Source of the DNA: an uncultured Candidatus Rokubacteria bacterium
GTDB taxonomy: Bacteria; Methylomirabilota; Methylomirabilia; Rokubacteriales; CSP1-6
DNA: 64,000 nt
Direction of reading: 5' to 3'
NCBI GenBank assembly: GCA_963789955.1
Contig: CAWBMV010000020.1
Span: 1-64,000 of the forward strand
Shown here: piece after piece, positions 42,804 through 52,602 of the stretch
Position numbering within the stretch: the first letter of the stretch is position 1
Layout of the letters: each line of letters starts with the position of its first letter
Made by a program: the position numbers and the translations under genes
Notes under the pieces: model-generated
What the model saw: only the letters and a program-made list of their open reading frames with translations
What the model was told of the DNA's origin: nothing
Databases searched by the model: none

Positions 42804-43784
42804 ATGCGGTTGATCGGGCTCGCGGTCGTGCTCGCTGTCAGTCTCACTCTTGTGCCGCTCGCCGCTGAGGCGCAGCGGGCTGGAAGGGTGTGGCGCATCG
42901 GCTGGCTCTCTCCGCCTCCGGCGGCGACAGGCGCGTCCGAATTGGAGGCGCTCCGAAAGGGCCTGCGGGAGCTGGACTACATCGAGGGACGGAACCTCGT
43001 TATAGAGGCCCGCTGGGCAGACGGTGACCCCGCGCGGCTGCCACGGCTCGCCCGCGCGTTCGTGGAACTCAAGGTGGACGTCATTTGCACCGCCGGGACC
43101 CCTGCGACCCTCGCCGCAAAACAGGCAACCACGACCATCCCGATCGTCTTCGGCCGGGCGGCGTTTCCGGACCGCACCGGCCTCGTCGGGAGTCTGGCGC
43201 GACCAGGCGGCAATCTGACCGGTGTCGCGTTCATTGGGCCCGAGTATGGCAAGCGGTTGGAGCTCCTTCGGGAAGTCTCGCCGAAAATCTCGCGGGTCGT
43301 ACTGCTCTACAACGACCAGAACACCGCAAGCGTGATGGCCATGAACGAAACCCAGGAGTGGGCCAAGGCTCTGCAGGTCGCGATTGAACCATTGGGCGTG
43401 CACGACCGTGTCAGCCTGGAGGCGGCCTTCGCCGCCATTCGCCCCGGAAGGTCTCACGCTCTCATGACGACGGCGGACCCTCTCCTGGCGTCGTTCCGCA
43501 CACTGATTGTGAAATTCGTGAACGGGCACCGCCTCATGTCGATGTATGGCGACCGAGACTACGTTGTGGCCGGCGGACTAATGTTCTATGGGACCAGCAC
43601 GGCGGACATGTGGCGTCACGCCGCCATCTACGTCGACCGGATCTTGAAGGGCGCGACGCCGGGCGACCTGCCGGTGGAGCAACCCACCAAGTTCGAGCTC
43701 GTTATCAACCTCAAGACCGCGAAGGCGCTCGGCCTGACGATTCCGCAATCACTGCTGCTGCGGGCGGACCAGGTCATCGAATAG
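42804..43784 (+). CDS. ABC transporter substrate-binding protein (ABC_sub_bind type)
   Basis: MRLIGLAVVLA.., [57 protein letters not shown]. Confidence 0.92.
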   Translation: MRLIGLAVVLAVSLTLVPLAAEAQRAGRVWRIGWLSPPPAATGASELEALRKGLRELDYIEGRNLVIEARWADGDPARLPRLARAFVELKVDVICTAGTPATLAAKQATTTIPIVFGRAAFPDRTGLVGSLARPGGNLTGVAFIGPEYGKRLELLREVSPKISRVVLLYNDQNTASVMAMNETQEWAKALQVAIEPLGVHDRVSLEAAFAAIRPGRSHALMTTADPLLASFRTLIVKFVNGHRLMSMYGDRDYVVAGGLMFYGTSTADMWRHAAIYVDRILKGATPGDLPVEQPTKFELVINLKTAKALGLTIPQSLLLRADQVIE

Positions 43785-43787
43785 CCC

Positions 43788-44111
43788 GTGCTCGACAAGC
43801 GCGGACGTCTTCTCGGAGCGGCGCTCGGATTCGCCGGGCTCCCGTTGCCCTCGTACGACCGCGCGCTCCACGCGCTGCGCTCCTGGCTCGACTCCTGGTC
43901 CGGGATAGGGCACGTCCCCGTTGGGCTGCACCGCCAGGGCTTCGATCTCCAACTGACGCAGTACGACGAGTGCGGTTGGCGGGCCACTTTCTACACGACC
44001 GGGATGGAGCACTCGCCCACGAGTGCGACGGGCACCGCGTGGGAGCGCACGCCGTGGCATGCGGTGCACCAGGCGGCGTGGGAGGCGTTGAAGAGGCCAG
44101 AGAGCGGTTAG
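43788..44111 (+). CDS. Scaffold ORF X, intact (107 aa, unknown function)
   Basis: Begins 3 nt after the SBP stop; near-identical blocks with 45876-46199 and 35930-36225. Confidence 0.75.
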   Translation: MLDKRGRLLGAALGFAGLPLPSYDRALHALRSWLDSWSGIGHVPVGLHRQGFDLQLTQYDECGWRATFYTTGMEHSPTSATGTAWERTPWHAVHQAAWEALKRPESG

Positions 44112-44176
44112 GAGGAGCCACACCAGCCGCTTCCGCGAAATTGCGGCCGCGATCTCGAAGCTGTCCTCGCGCGCCC

Positions 44177-44288
44177 TGATGCTCGCCGGCGAGGTGGCGA
44201 TCTACGACCAGTAGCTGCGCTCTCGGTTCGAGTGGCTACGCGAGCTCGATCCGGACGCCGGCGTGACGCCGCCTGTGTTCATGGCGCT
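44177..44288 (+). pseudogene. ATP-dependent DNA ligase internal fragment
   Basis: LMLAGEVAIYDQ*LRSRFEWLRE..TPPVFMA aligns with LVLDGELAVFDDQLRSRFEWLRD..TPPL near 61450-61555. Confidence 0.7.
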
Positions 44289-44466
44289 TACTCGCCGAGC
44301 TCGACGCCTTCTTCCATGCTAAGTAACACTTACTCGACCGTCCGTCTCCTGACGGTCCGCCTTCGGCCTCGAAAGCGTAAGTGCCTGGTCTTCCGGGATA
44401 CTTCGACGGTGGCATTTCGTCTGCACTCACAAACTGACAGCACGAAATCCTCGAGAGGAGCGTCAC

Positions 44467-44832
44467 ATGAACATGCGACCGCTCATCGCTGGGTTCGTCG
44501 TCGGTGAAATCGTACTGAGCGCAACGTCGCTCGTCGGGCAAACACTCGACATCAAGCCACCGACCACGGGGCCGGAGATCCGTCCGGATCACAACCAACG
44601 CCGGGGGGACAAATCCTCTGTAGCACGTCCCGGACTGAATGAGCCTCACTTCATCTCACCGTTCTCGGTGAACGCTGACGCGGGACAGCTGGGGATCGCG
44701 GGCTGGACCGCCACGAATCCGAACGTCCCGCCAGGCCATTCCCTGTCGGGGGACGGAGCCGGATCGCTCGGTTTCGGGGTCGCCGCCGAGTGGCGTGCGC
44801 GTCCGAGGAGCGAGAAGACCCTGATTCGATGA
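44467..44832 (+). CDS. Secreted hypothetical protein
   Basis: GAGGAG SD; hydrophobic N-terminus; C-terminal GSLGFGVAAEW. Confidence 0.55.
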   Translation: MNMRPLIAGFVVGEIVLSATSLVGQTLDIKPPTTGPEIRPDHNQRRGDKSSVARPGLNEPHFISPFSVNADAGQLGIAGWTATNPNVPPGHSLSGDGAGSLGFGVAAEWRARPRSEKTLIR

Positions 44833-44957
44833 CACCCGAGATGGCGGCCGGTGTCGACGTTGCCCCATCGAACGGTGAGCGCCGTCGCCCTGAGGGCAGG
44901 CATCGGTACTTTCTCGCGCAGAGACTGCGACAGTTGAAGAGCACGGCTCGGTTGAAA

Positions 44958-45872
44958 ATGCGTTGCTTCGCGGTGTGGTCGGTAATGCCCGTGACCGTGA
45001 TCCTGGTCGTGGGCGCGGAGGCGACCGGGGTCTCGGCCCGTGACGGGCGGCTCGTGCCGGGCGGCGACAGCATCGCCGAGGCGGTGACCCATCGCACATC
45101 GCTGGGGCACCTCACGCGACCGGACGGTCGCGAAGAGACGCTTGCGGCGTTGCGGTTCCGATGGCCGGTATACGGCCCGATCAGTTCCGACTTCGGCGCG
45201 CGGCGCCCATCCCGGACGGGATTTCACGCCGGCGTAGACATCGGCGCCAGCCGGGGCACATTTGTTCGCGCGCCAGCGGGCGGCACCGTGGCCTTCGTCG
45301 GGTGGCGTAGCGGCTACGGCAGGACGATTGTCATCGATCACGGTCATCTGATCAGCACCCTCTATGGACATCTCGCGAAGTCGGACGTGGTACGAGGACA
45401 GACGGTCGAGGAGGGGGCCGGGATCGGCCTGATCGGCGCGACCGGGCACGCGTCGGGGCCGCATCTGCACTATGAGGTTCTGGTGAACGGTCGGCCCGTC
45501 AACCCTCGGCTTGTATTCGCTAGGCCACAGGACATCTACGGTCGATCCCGGGTCGCGGCGCGCGAGAACCCCAGCGGTCAGCGGGAGGCCACGTCGATCC
45601 CTTCCTCGACGGACGCCACGAGCAGCTGGCAGGGTTGGCGGCGCGTCGCGCCGTTGCCGCATACCCCCGAATTCGCCGCCTCCGGCGGCTTGATCAGCTA
45701 CGGAAACAGCCTTGCCGATGCGTACCGCCTCGAGGGCAAGTATGCGGGTCGGCTCCTCAAACTGCCGGTGCAGCAGTCGGTGAAGACCGAACTGGTCATC
45801 AAGACTGCGCAGGCCCTCGGGCTGACGATCCCGCAGACGCTGCTACAGCGGCCGGATCAAGTCATCCAGTAG
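44958..45872 (+). CDS. M23 peptidase fused in frame to an ABC SBP C-terminal remnant (start uncertain)
   Basis: WPVYGPISSDFG, FHAGVDI, GYGRTIVIDH, YGHL, SGPHLHYEV; tail [26 protein letters not shown]. Confidence 0.8.
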   Translation: MRCFAVWSVMPVTVILVVGAEATGVSARDGRLVPGGDSIAEAVTHRTSLGHLTRPDGREETLAALRFRWPVYGPISSDFGARRPSRTGFHAGVDIGASRGTFVRAPAGGTVAFVGWRSGYGRTIVIDHGHLISTLYGHLAKSDVVRGQTVEEGAGIGLIGATGHASGPHLHYEVLVNGRPVNPRLVFARPQDIYGRSRVAARENPSGQREATSIPSSTDATSSWQGWRRVAPLPHTPEFAASGGLISYGNSLADAYRLEGKYAGRLLKLPVQQSVKTELVIKTAQALGLTIPQTLLQRPDQVIQ

Positions 45873-45875
45873 CGC

Positions 45876-46199
45876 GTGCTCGACCAACGCGGCCAGTTCC
45901 TCCGTGCGGTTGTCGGCTTCGCCGGATGCTCTATGCCCTCGTATGACCGCGCCCTCTGGGCTCTCCGCATCTGGCTGGACTCCTGGACTGGTATCGGACA
46001 CGTCGCTGTCGGGATGCACCGCCAAGGCTACGACCTGCGATTGACTCAGTACGATGAGCGAGGTTGGCGGGCGACGTTCTATACGACGGGGATGGAGCAC
46101 TCGCCCACCAGCGCGACGGGCACCTCATGGGAGCGTACGCCGTGGCACGCAACGCAGCGGGCGGCGTGGGACGCGCTGGACCGCGCGAGCCGCCCGTAG
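45876..46199 (+). CDS. Scaffold ORF X, intact copy
   Basis: Same 107-aa family, again 3 nt after an SBP-type stop codon. Confidence 0.75.
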   Translation: MLDQRGQFLRAVVGFAGCSMPSYDRALWALRIWLDSWTGIGHVAVGMHRQGYDLRLTQYDERGWRATFYTTGMEHSPTSATGTSWERTPWHATQRAAWDALDRASRP

Positions 46200-46327
46200 T
46201 TCGGCTCTGGTAGACTCCCGCCGACAAGGTGACGGTGTCGAAGGGCTTTGAACAGCGCACGCGAGCAGGAGCCTGCTGGCTCATGCAGAGGGAAGGAGTC
46301 GGCAGGCGTCCTGTTCGTATCGCGCGT

Positions 46328-46795
46328 CTAGAAGAATCCTCCGATGTGGATCACCATCATCGCCGCCCCATCAAGCTCGACCCTGCCGAACGCATCACGG
46401 CAGAAAAGGGTGACGCTCCCCGTGGTCCCTTCAGGCACGTTGATCCCGCCTATCACGGTGATTTCGTGCGCGTCGCGAGTGAAAGCCGAAAAGCCACCCG
46501 AGGAGCGACTCCCTCCAATCACGCCATTCTGGCCGTTGCGCAACTGGCAGTCCGTAGACATCGACTTCTCGTCTTGTACCCCCTTCCTCTGTGCGCTCGG
46601 ACGATCCAACCGCCGATGCTGTCGCAATGACAACATAATTTCCTGGCGAGAGAGGCTGGTCGATGATTTTCTCGAAGAAGCTGAGATCCCCGCTTTGGAC
46701 AATGTGCCCTGCGAACGCAAAGTGCGCCGTCGAGGCCCCGACTCCGGCTGGACCCGCCGGACCGGCTGGACCCGTGGGCCCCGCTGGCCCGACGA
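46328..46795 (-). pseudogene. Collagen-like (GPA)n protein fragment
   Basis: Manual translation GPAGPTGPAGPAGPAGVG..LSPGNYVVIATA, then a frameshift in a G run, then DCQLRNG..VTLFC. Confidence 0.5.
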
Positions 46796-46799
46796 GCCC

Positions 46800-47009
46800 G
46801 AGGGCAACCGAACTGCGCTCACCTTCGTACCGATGGAAGGGTCACTGACCGATACCCTCGGCTGGCTCTTCGGGACTAGCCGCTACCAAGACTGGATTAC
46901 ACGACGATCGAGCAACGGGGCTACCGTGCGCCTGACCGACAGTCAGACTGTTGCGTACCTCTGTGTCCCCGACACCTGGGACGGCCCAAGCGGGCCGAAG
47001 GGGAAATAA
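46800..47009 (+). pseudogene. 3' part of a DTVDPRGPKGK-family gene, followed by an ORF C fragment
   Basis: YLCVPDTWDGPSGPKGK-TAA, then GACACCGACGCCCGCCTCTGGCACCCC. Confidence 0.55.
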
Positions 47010-47182
47010 AACGACACCGACGCCCGCCTCTGGCACCCCCGGCTCCGCATCAACCGCATTCTGCGCGTGATGCTGCAGACGCGATGGAGCGCGTCGCCGT
47101 TCTGCGGGCCGAGGCGTGACGCCGATCTGCTGGGCTGTTCGGGCGCCCTCAGCGATCATGGAAGATCAGGAGGGTCGAAAGA

Positions 47183-47413
47183 ATGGCATTCGAGATTAGC
47201 TGCCCAATCTGTACATCGCTTGGCACCGAGCGCACGATTGCGGGCGCAATGAAGCTCGCCCTCGCCCACGCGCCCCAGCATTCGCCGGTGTACATAGCCG
47301 GCGACGGGGCCAGGTTCACCATCCGCCACGACGGCAAGCCGGCCATCGAGGTGCGGTTCGACGATGCTCTGCCCGACCTGCACCACCTGGCGCGACCGTG
47401 GGACGAATCCTGA
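47183..47413 (+). CDS. Small hypothetical protein with CPIC motif
   Basis: Compact ORF with AGGAGG upstream. Confidence 0.45.
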   Translation: MAFEISCPICTSLGTERTIAGAMKLALAHAPQHSPVYIAGDGARFTIRHDGKPAIEVRFDDALPDLHHLARPWDES

Positions 47414-48153
47414 GCCGGCGCCGCGCGCCGCCAACACGCACGTCCAGTTGGCCTCAGTGAGCCACGCGGCGATGCGGTCGGGGACCAAAACGGAGCTCCT
47501 CGACTGCGCCCGAGCCGTGGCGCTGCACGTAGACCTCGCCCAGCGAATTTGATAACTCGCGTTGCGCGGCGCGCTGGTGCGCCCTTCATCGTTTCTGGAA
47601 GCGATCCTCGCGCGTGATGCTCCACACGCACTGGAGCGCGGAGGCGTGGTCCGTGGTCAGGGTCGGGTTCAAGCGGCCGCTCGCGCTGCGGAGCGAGATG
47701 GGGCGCCCTCGTGGCTCGAATTAGATCACTTCACGACCAAGTGCCGAGGTGACGTCTGTCGAGGTTGCGCAAAGCCTCGACGGCATAGGTCCCAAGGTCA
47801 GGCGCGTCCACCAACTGGCCGAGGAGTTTCACCGTCTGGCGGCTCCCCACAACGCCCAGCCAGCGAATAAATATCTCGGGCGTCTCCCTGAGAGACAGCA
47901 CTCCGACTGTCCCCCCAATAAGGCTGGTGAAATTTACGAGTCCGAACTCCAGTACCGTCCGCACCTCATCCGAAAAAACTGAGCAGATCTCATCGAGCGC
48001 GGGTCGAGATTTACACCGAAGAGCGGTCATGGCCGGACGGTGGACATGAGCGAACAGCTTGCGGCTGTCCTGCGTGGTAGCAAGACTAATCCCGGCCGGT
48101 CAGCGAGGCGTTCCGCGCATCGCGGAAACGCCTGAGATCGCTGGCGAAGAACT

Positions 48154-48385
48154 TGGTGAGCCGTGTGGGACTCGAACCCACGACCCCCTGATTAAAAGAC
48201 GAGGGCCGGCGATGAGCCGGCCCTTAGTCTTTCTGCGTAGTTCCGCACAACCGTGCGCCGCTGTTCGAGTTCTCGTTGCTCGCCTCGGGGATTGAGAAGG
48301 ACTCTCGGCGCACTCGAGGACTGAAATCGTCGTGTCTCACGGGTGCGTTCAGCGCAAATCAGCGCAAGCCCGGAAATCCTGAGCC
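48154..48385 (-). repeat. att-like site copy 2: tRNA-Lys(UUU) 3' half (48154-48198) plus conserved arm
   Basis: Identical 45-bp tRNA fragment; arm colinear with 33891-34122 at an offset of 14263 bp. Confidence 0.9.
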
Positions 48386-48399
48386 CCTGGTCGCTTCAA

Positions 48400-48562
48400 C
48401 CACCCCGCGCGCCGGATCTCGCTCCGGCGGCGCGAGCGCCCGCTTGAACTCGACTCTGACCTCCGACCACGCCTCCGCGCTCCAGTGCGTGTGGAGCATC
48501 ACGCGCGGGACGCGGTTGATGCGGAGCCAGGGATGCCACAGGCGGGCGTCGGTGTCGCTCAC
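48400..48562 (-). repeat. Scaffold ORF C (MSDTDARLWHPWLRINRV..) copy
   Basis: GTGA overlap with the upstream gene. Related copies near 34129-34280 and 36559-36722 (minus), and 47011-47095, 47607-47703 and 62149-62313 (plus). Confidence 0.7.
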
Positions 48563-48924
48563 TTCCCCTTCGGCCCGCGCGGGTCCACGGTGTCGGGGAG
48601 GCAGACATAGGTGTTCATGATGAGGAGTTCGGGATGGCCTTTTGTCCGCGCCCACAGACGTGGCTGACCGGCCTGATGGTCAATCATCACTTCCGTATTC
48701 GTGTTCTTGGAGTACAAGTCTGAATCCGATCCCAACTTTTGGGTTAGCGCCTGCTCGCAAGCATCCCTCGTGTTCCACGCCGATACTGCCCGCGTCGAGC
48801 CTTCGTGAAGTGGAGGACCAGTAGACTCTTCCCAAAATACCCACGCGCACTCAGCGCAAGCCGTCGCAACAGAGGTGAGCAAGGAGAGGGCGAGGAGCCA
48901 TCGGGCCCTGCTCAGGAGTCTCAT
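48559..48924 (-). CDS. Secreted DTVDPRGPKGK-family protein
   Basis: Signal peptide; AECAWVFW..CEQA..YVCLPDTVDPRGPKGK. Confidence 0.75.
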   Translation of the reverse strand: MRLLSRARWLLALSLLTSVATACAECAWVFWEESTGPPLHEGSTRAVSAWNTRDACEQALTQKLGSDSDLYSKNTNTEVMIDHQAGQPRLWARTKGHPELLIMNTYVCLPDTVDPRGPKGK

Positions 48925-49502
48925 GATCCACCTACCTCTTCTTTGTCCTTCGAGGCGAGGTGCGTCGGGGCGCTACCTGCGGCGGATCGTCACCGGGCGT
49001 GGTTGAGTGGGCCTTGCGCATCTGATACTGCGGAACCGTTGTGCTGACGGCGGCGCACGCACGGGTATCCGTCGGTCTGCGCGGATGGGCCTCATAGGTC
49101 GAGATGGCATGCCCAAGATCACCCTTTACGAGCAAGGACTGTTTCGCGTACAGCGGTCGCGTGATCGGGACTTCTTGTCCACACTCGTAGCATCGGGCCC
49201 GCCACGCCATGGCGGGATGATAGCCCCGACGAGGTTCAGGCTCGCTTCACGCTGACCTTCTCGTATGCTCCCCACGTGTCTGACAGATCCAGCCCTGTTC
49301 CACGATTGGGTATGCCTCCAGTGCGCGGGCCCGGCCCATAACCGAAGCTAACTGGTCGGGATCTGTCTGCTACGAAATCATCCGGATCAAGGTTTCTGGA
49401 ACCGACTAGGCGCAGGAAAGAGCGGGTTCATGCCGAGTTAGGCCCCTATTCGGAGGTGGTCTCCGACTTGCTGTCACAACTTCAGCGGAGGAAGAGCTGC
49501 GC

Positions 49503-49871
49503 ATGGAGACCATTCTGGTCGTCGATGACGAGGACCATATCCTAGTCCTCGCGCGAGACATACTTCAGATGAAAGGGTACACGGTGCTCGTTACCGGCGA
49601 TCCCCAGATGGCTCTGCATTGGGTTAAATCGGGCGTTTGCTTCCACTTACTCCTCGTTGACGTTGTCATGCCCCGGATGAAGGGCACGGAATTAGCGGAC
49701 CGCGTCAAAACGCTTAGCCCTCAAACGAAGGTGCTCCTCATGTCAGGCTATTCCGTGTCGGGCGTGGCAGGACGCCCTTTGATCGCCAAGCCGTTCACAG
49801 GCGACCAGCTTGCCGAGAGAGTGCGTGAAGTGCTGACGCAACCCTCTCCGTTTGCTAGACCTCAGTCGTAG
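49503..49871 (+). CDS. Single-domain response regulator receiver
   Basis: ILVVDDE, LLLVDVVMPRMKG, VLLMSGY, KPFT. Confidence 0.9.
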   Translation: METILVVDDEDHILVLARDILQMKGYTVLVTGDPQMALHWVKSGVCFHLLLVDVVMPRMKGTELADRVKTLSPQTKVLLMSGYSVSGVAGRPLIAKPFTGDQLAERVREVLTQPSPFARPQS

Positions 49872-50116
49872 AGTCACCCCTAGTCACCACGCCTACGCCG
49901 CGTGGGCGTTCGAGCGCACCAAGGGCCGGATCGCTCCCAACTCGCTCGCTTGCGCCTTGTTGAGCGCCTCCCACGCCGCCTCGTTGTCGTCCATCGAACG
50001 GATCGGCCCGTCCGCGATTGGCAAGTCATGGGAAATCCCGATGCGCCTCATCGAGCCCTATCTTTAGGACGAAATGCCTATTGATTGGATAAACCGATAG
50101 GTGATCCTAATGGAGT

Positions 50117-50356
50117 ATGGCGCCAGATGTGGTCCGACAGCTCATTCGAGACCGGATCGACAATGGCAGCCTTCCATGTGATCGCACGATTGAGCTGTGG
50201 CACAGGCTCGGCTTCGGGCAAACCTGCGATGGTTGCGGCCTGGCGATCACGACGACTGACTGGATGCATCTAGTTTGCGCCGATGATTGGAGAGCGATCC
50301 GTCTACACGAGGACTGTTTCGTGTTCTGGGAGGAAGAAAAGCGCACAGCAGCATAG
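50117..50356 (+). CDS. Small CxxC...HxxC protein (dispersed paralog)
   Basis: RQLIRDRIDNGSLP..GQTCDGCG..LHEDCFVFWEEE. Confidence 0.7.
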   Translation: MAPDVVRQLIRDRIDNGSLPCDRTIELWHRLGFGQTCDGCGLAITTTDWMHLVCADDWRAIRLHEDCFVFWEEEKRTAA

Positions 50357-50493
50357 ATCAGTTTGTGCTGTCTTTCTGGTTCAACGCCGCCCACGCCGCC
50401 CGCCGCGTCGCGTGCCAGGGCGTGCGCTCCCACCCGGTGCCCGTCGCGCTCGTGGGCGTTGGACACGGACAAGCGTCCCGCACCGAGGAAGTC

Positions 50494-50868
50494 TCACTCT
50501 CTGACCCGTTCGTATTCGGCCCTGCCGGTCCGAAAGTTGGGGTCTTCAGGTATCAACGAGAGTACGGTCTTGCCTTTGTCTTCTGAAACGCTCGCGGTAC
50601 CTGTCGTTCGCGACGAGCGATATCGCAGCTTGCCGTCTTGAAGATAGAACGCACCCTCGGTCGTCGAGCCACGCGTGGTCGAGGCTTTGTAGCTTCCGTC
50701 CGCCGAGACAATCATCGTGGCGCGTTCGTCTCCCTGGTCTCCGGTGACCCAGCCCCGCCAACTTCCCGCGAGTTCCTTGACGTCAACGATCTGCTTCTCT
50801 CCCGCGACCCCACCAAGCGGAGACAGTACGACCACGGCAACAAGAAGTAGAGCCAGATGCATCCTCAT
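50494..50868 (-). CDS. Small secreted protein replacing the middle of an ORF X copy
   Basis: Paralog of 20204-20572; ORF X 5' half at 50900-51011 and 3' half at ~50357-50458. Confidence 0.75.
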   Translation of the reverse strand: MRMHLALLLVAVVVLSPLGGVAGEKQIVDVKELAGSWRGWVTGDQGDERATMIVSADGSYKASTTRGSTTEGAFYLQDGKLRYRSSRTTGTASVSEDKGKTVLSLIPEDPNFRTGRAEYERVRE

Positions 50869-51014
50869 CGCTGATCTCCTTATTCGTCTGGTGAAGGTTA
50901 CACGAGTCCCTCCAGGTGCGTAGGGCATGGAGAGCGCGGTCGCAGGAAGCCATGGAGTAGGTCGCGAATCCAACTACTGACCCGCAGAAGCTGGCCGCGT
51001 TGGTCAAGCACGCG

Positions 51015-52001
51015 CTATTCGATCACCTCGTCGGCGCGCAGCAGCAGCGACGGCGGGATCGTGAGGCCGAGCGCCTTGGCGGTCTTGAGATTGATCACCA
51101 GCTCGAACTTGGTCGGCTGCTCCACGGGCAGGTCGGCGGGCTTGGCGCCCTTCAGGATCTTGTCCACGTACGCGGCGCTGCGCCGGTAGAGATCGAGAAA
51201 GCTCGGCCCGTAAGACATGAGACCCCCGGCCTCCACACTCTCCCTGACGCCGTATGCTGCCGGCAGGCGGCTCCTGGCTGCGAGGTCTGCGAGCCGTGTT
51301 CGGTGGGAGTTGAATATCGCATCTGACAGTACGAGGAGGGCTCCCACGCGCTCTTTGGCCATCGCCGCGAATGCGCCGTCGAACTCGTTCGGACCTCGAG
51401 CCTCCAGGAGTTGAAGCTGCACTCCCAACGACCGGGCCGCGACGTTCACTTCTCTTATCGCGAGCTGGTGGTACGCATTGGCCGGGTTCGAGAGGATGGC
51501 CACACGGCGGATCTTGGGGACGGTCTCCTTGAGCAGCTCCAGTTGTTTGGCGACGATTTCCAGGCCGGCGTAGCCGGACACCCCTGTGACGTTCCCGCCC
51601 GGGCGCGCGAGGCTCGCGATGAGCCCGGTGCCAACAGGATCGCGAACGGCAATCATGACGATGGGGATCGTCTCGGTGGCGTTCTTGGCTGCCGTCACTC
51701 CTTGCGTCCCCAACGATACGATGAGGTCCACCTTGAGCCGGACCAGCTCGGCCGCCAGGTCGGGCAGCCGGTCGACCCGACCCTCCGCATATCGATAGTC
51801 GATGACAATATTCTGGCCCTCAACCCACCCGAGCTCGCGCAGCCCTTGCCGGAACGCGTCGAGCAGGGGCGGCCTATCGGAAGGGGACGTCACGCTAAGA
51901 AAACCTATCCGAGGCACCTTTCCCGCCTGCTGCGCGTCGGCGGCGAGCGGCGCAAGAGCGAGGCCGAGAGCGAGAACGACCGCGAGCCCGATCAGCCGCA
52001 T
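51015..52001 (-). CDS. ABC transporter substrate-binding protein (ABC_sub_bind type)
   Basis: Same family motifs: [44 protein letters not shown]. Confidence 0.92.
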   Translation of the reverse strand: MRLIGLAVVLALGLALAPLAADAQQAGKVPRIGFLSVTSPSDRPPLLDAFRQGLRELGWVEGQNIVIDYRYAEGRVDRLPDLAAELVRLKVDLIVSLGTQGVTAAKNATETIPIVMIAVRDPVGTGLIASLARPGGNVTGVSGYAGLEIVAKQLELLKETVPKIRRVAILSNPANAYHQLAIREVNVAARSLGVQLQLLEARGPNEFDGAFAAMAKERVGALLVLSDAIFNSHRTRLADLAARSRLPAAYGVRESVEAGGLMSYGPSFLDLYRRSAAYVDKILKGAKPADLPVEQPTKFELVINLKTAKALGLTIPPSLLLRADEVIE

Positions 52002-52219
52002 GGTGCACCTCGGTGGGGGATGGCTGGCGGGGAGTCTAGCCGAACGCCGCGACGCGCACCAGCAGCGCGCCGCGCGAGCGCGTCATCCAGACGCGGGCGC
52101 CGCGACGTATTCCATGCTCTCTACCGCGACGCTGAGAACAGGCAACTTCACGTCCCTAAGACAAAGAGGCGAATGCTCCCTTCGCATCGGTACTTAACCG
52201 GCCCAGAAGACAACCCTGC

Positions 52220-52426
52220 TCAACGTTTGCACAGTGGAGCAGCAGGGGTAGTGAGTTGGAACGCGCGTATCTGGAACGCGGCGAGCACGTGAGACGGTGA
52301 GCGGAACGTTAGGATCGCGTGCTGGTCGCGCTCCGTGAAGCGTGGAGCCCTCGGCCGGCCGTTCGGGTTGCCGGATTGACCCGGTTTCCAGGGCCGCAGA
52401 TTTCTGAGACTCGCCGCCGTTGGCAT
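52220..52426 (-). CDS. DUF5681-like motif protein or remnant
   Basis: NLRPWKPGQSGNPNGRP. Confidence 0.55.
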   Translation of the reverse strand: MPTAASLRNLRPWKPGQSGNPNGRPRAPRFTERDQHAILTFRSPSHVLAAFQIRAFQLTTPAAPLCKR

Positions 52427-52602
52427 CAACTCCGAGAATACGAGCGAGCGCCCTCGGGGGCGAGGAGTAACGTGCATTGCTCAGGCGGGTCCAACCCGAG
52501 CACATGGGTATGCTGAGCGCGTCAACTCAAGCTGTGCAATGGCAGGTGGCGGATCAGCCACACCCCGCATTCTTCAGACGTGTGAGTCCGCGTCCCGTTA
52601 GG

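Noticed and set aside
46344..46800. Plus-strand 221-aa ORF 46344-47009 as a single gene
   Set aside because: Its 5' part is antisense to a collagen-like fragment; only the last ~60 codons belong to the GPKGK family.
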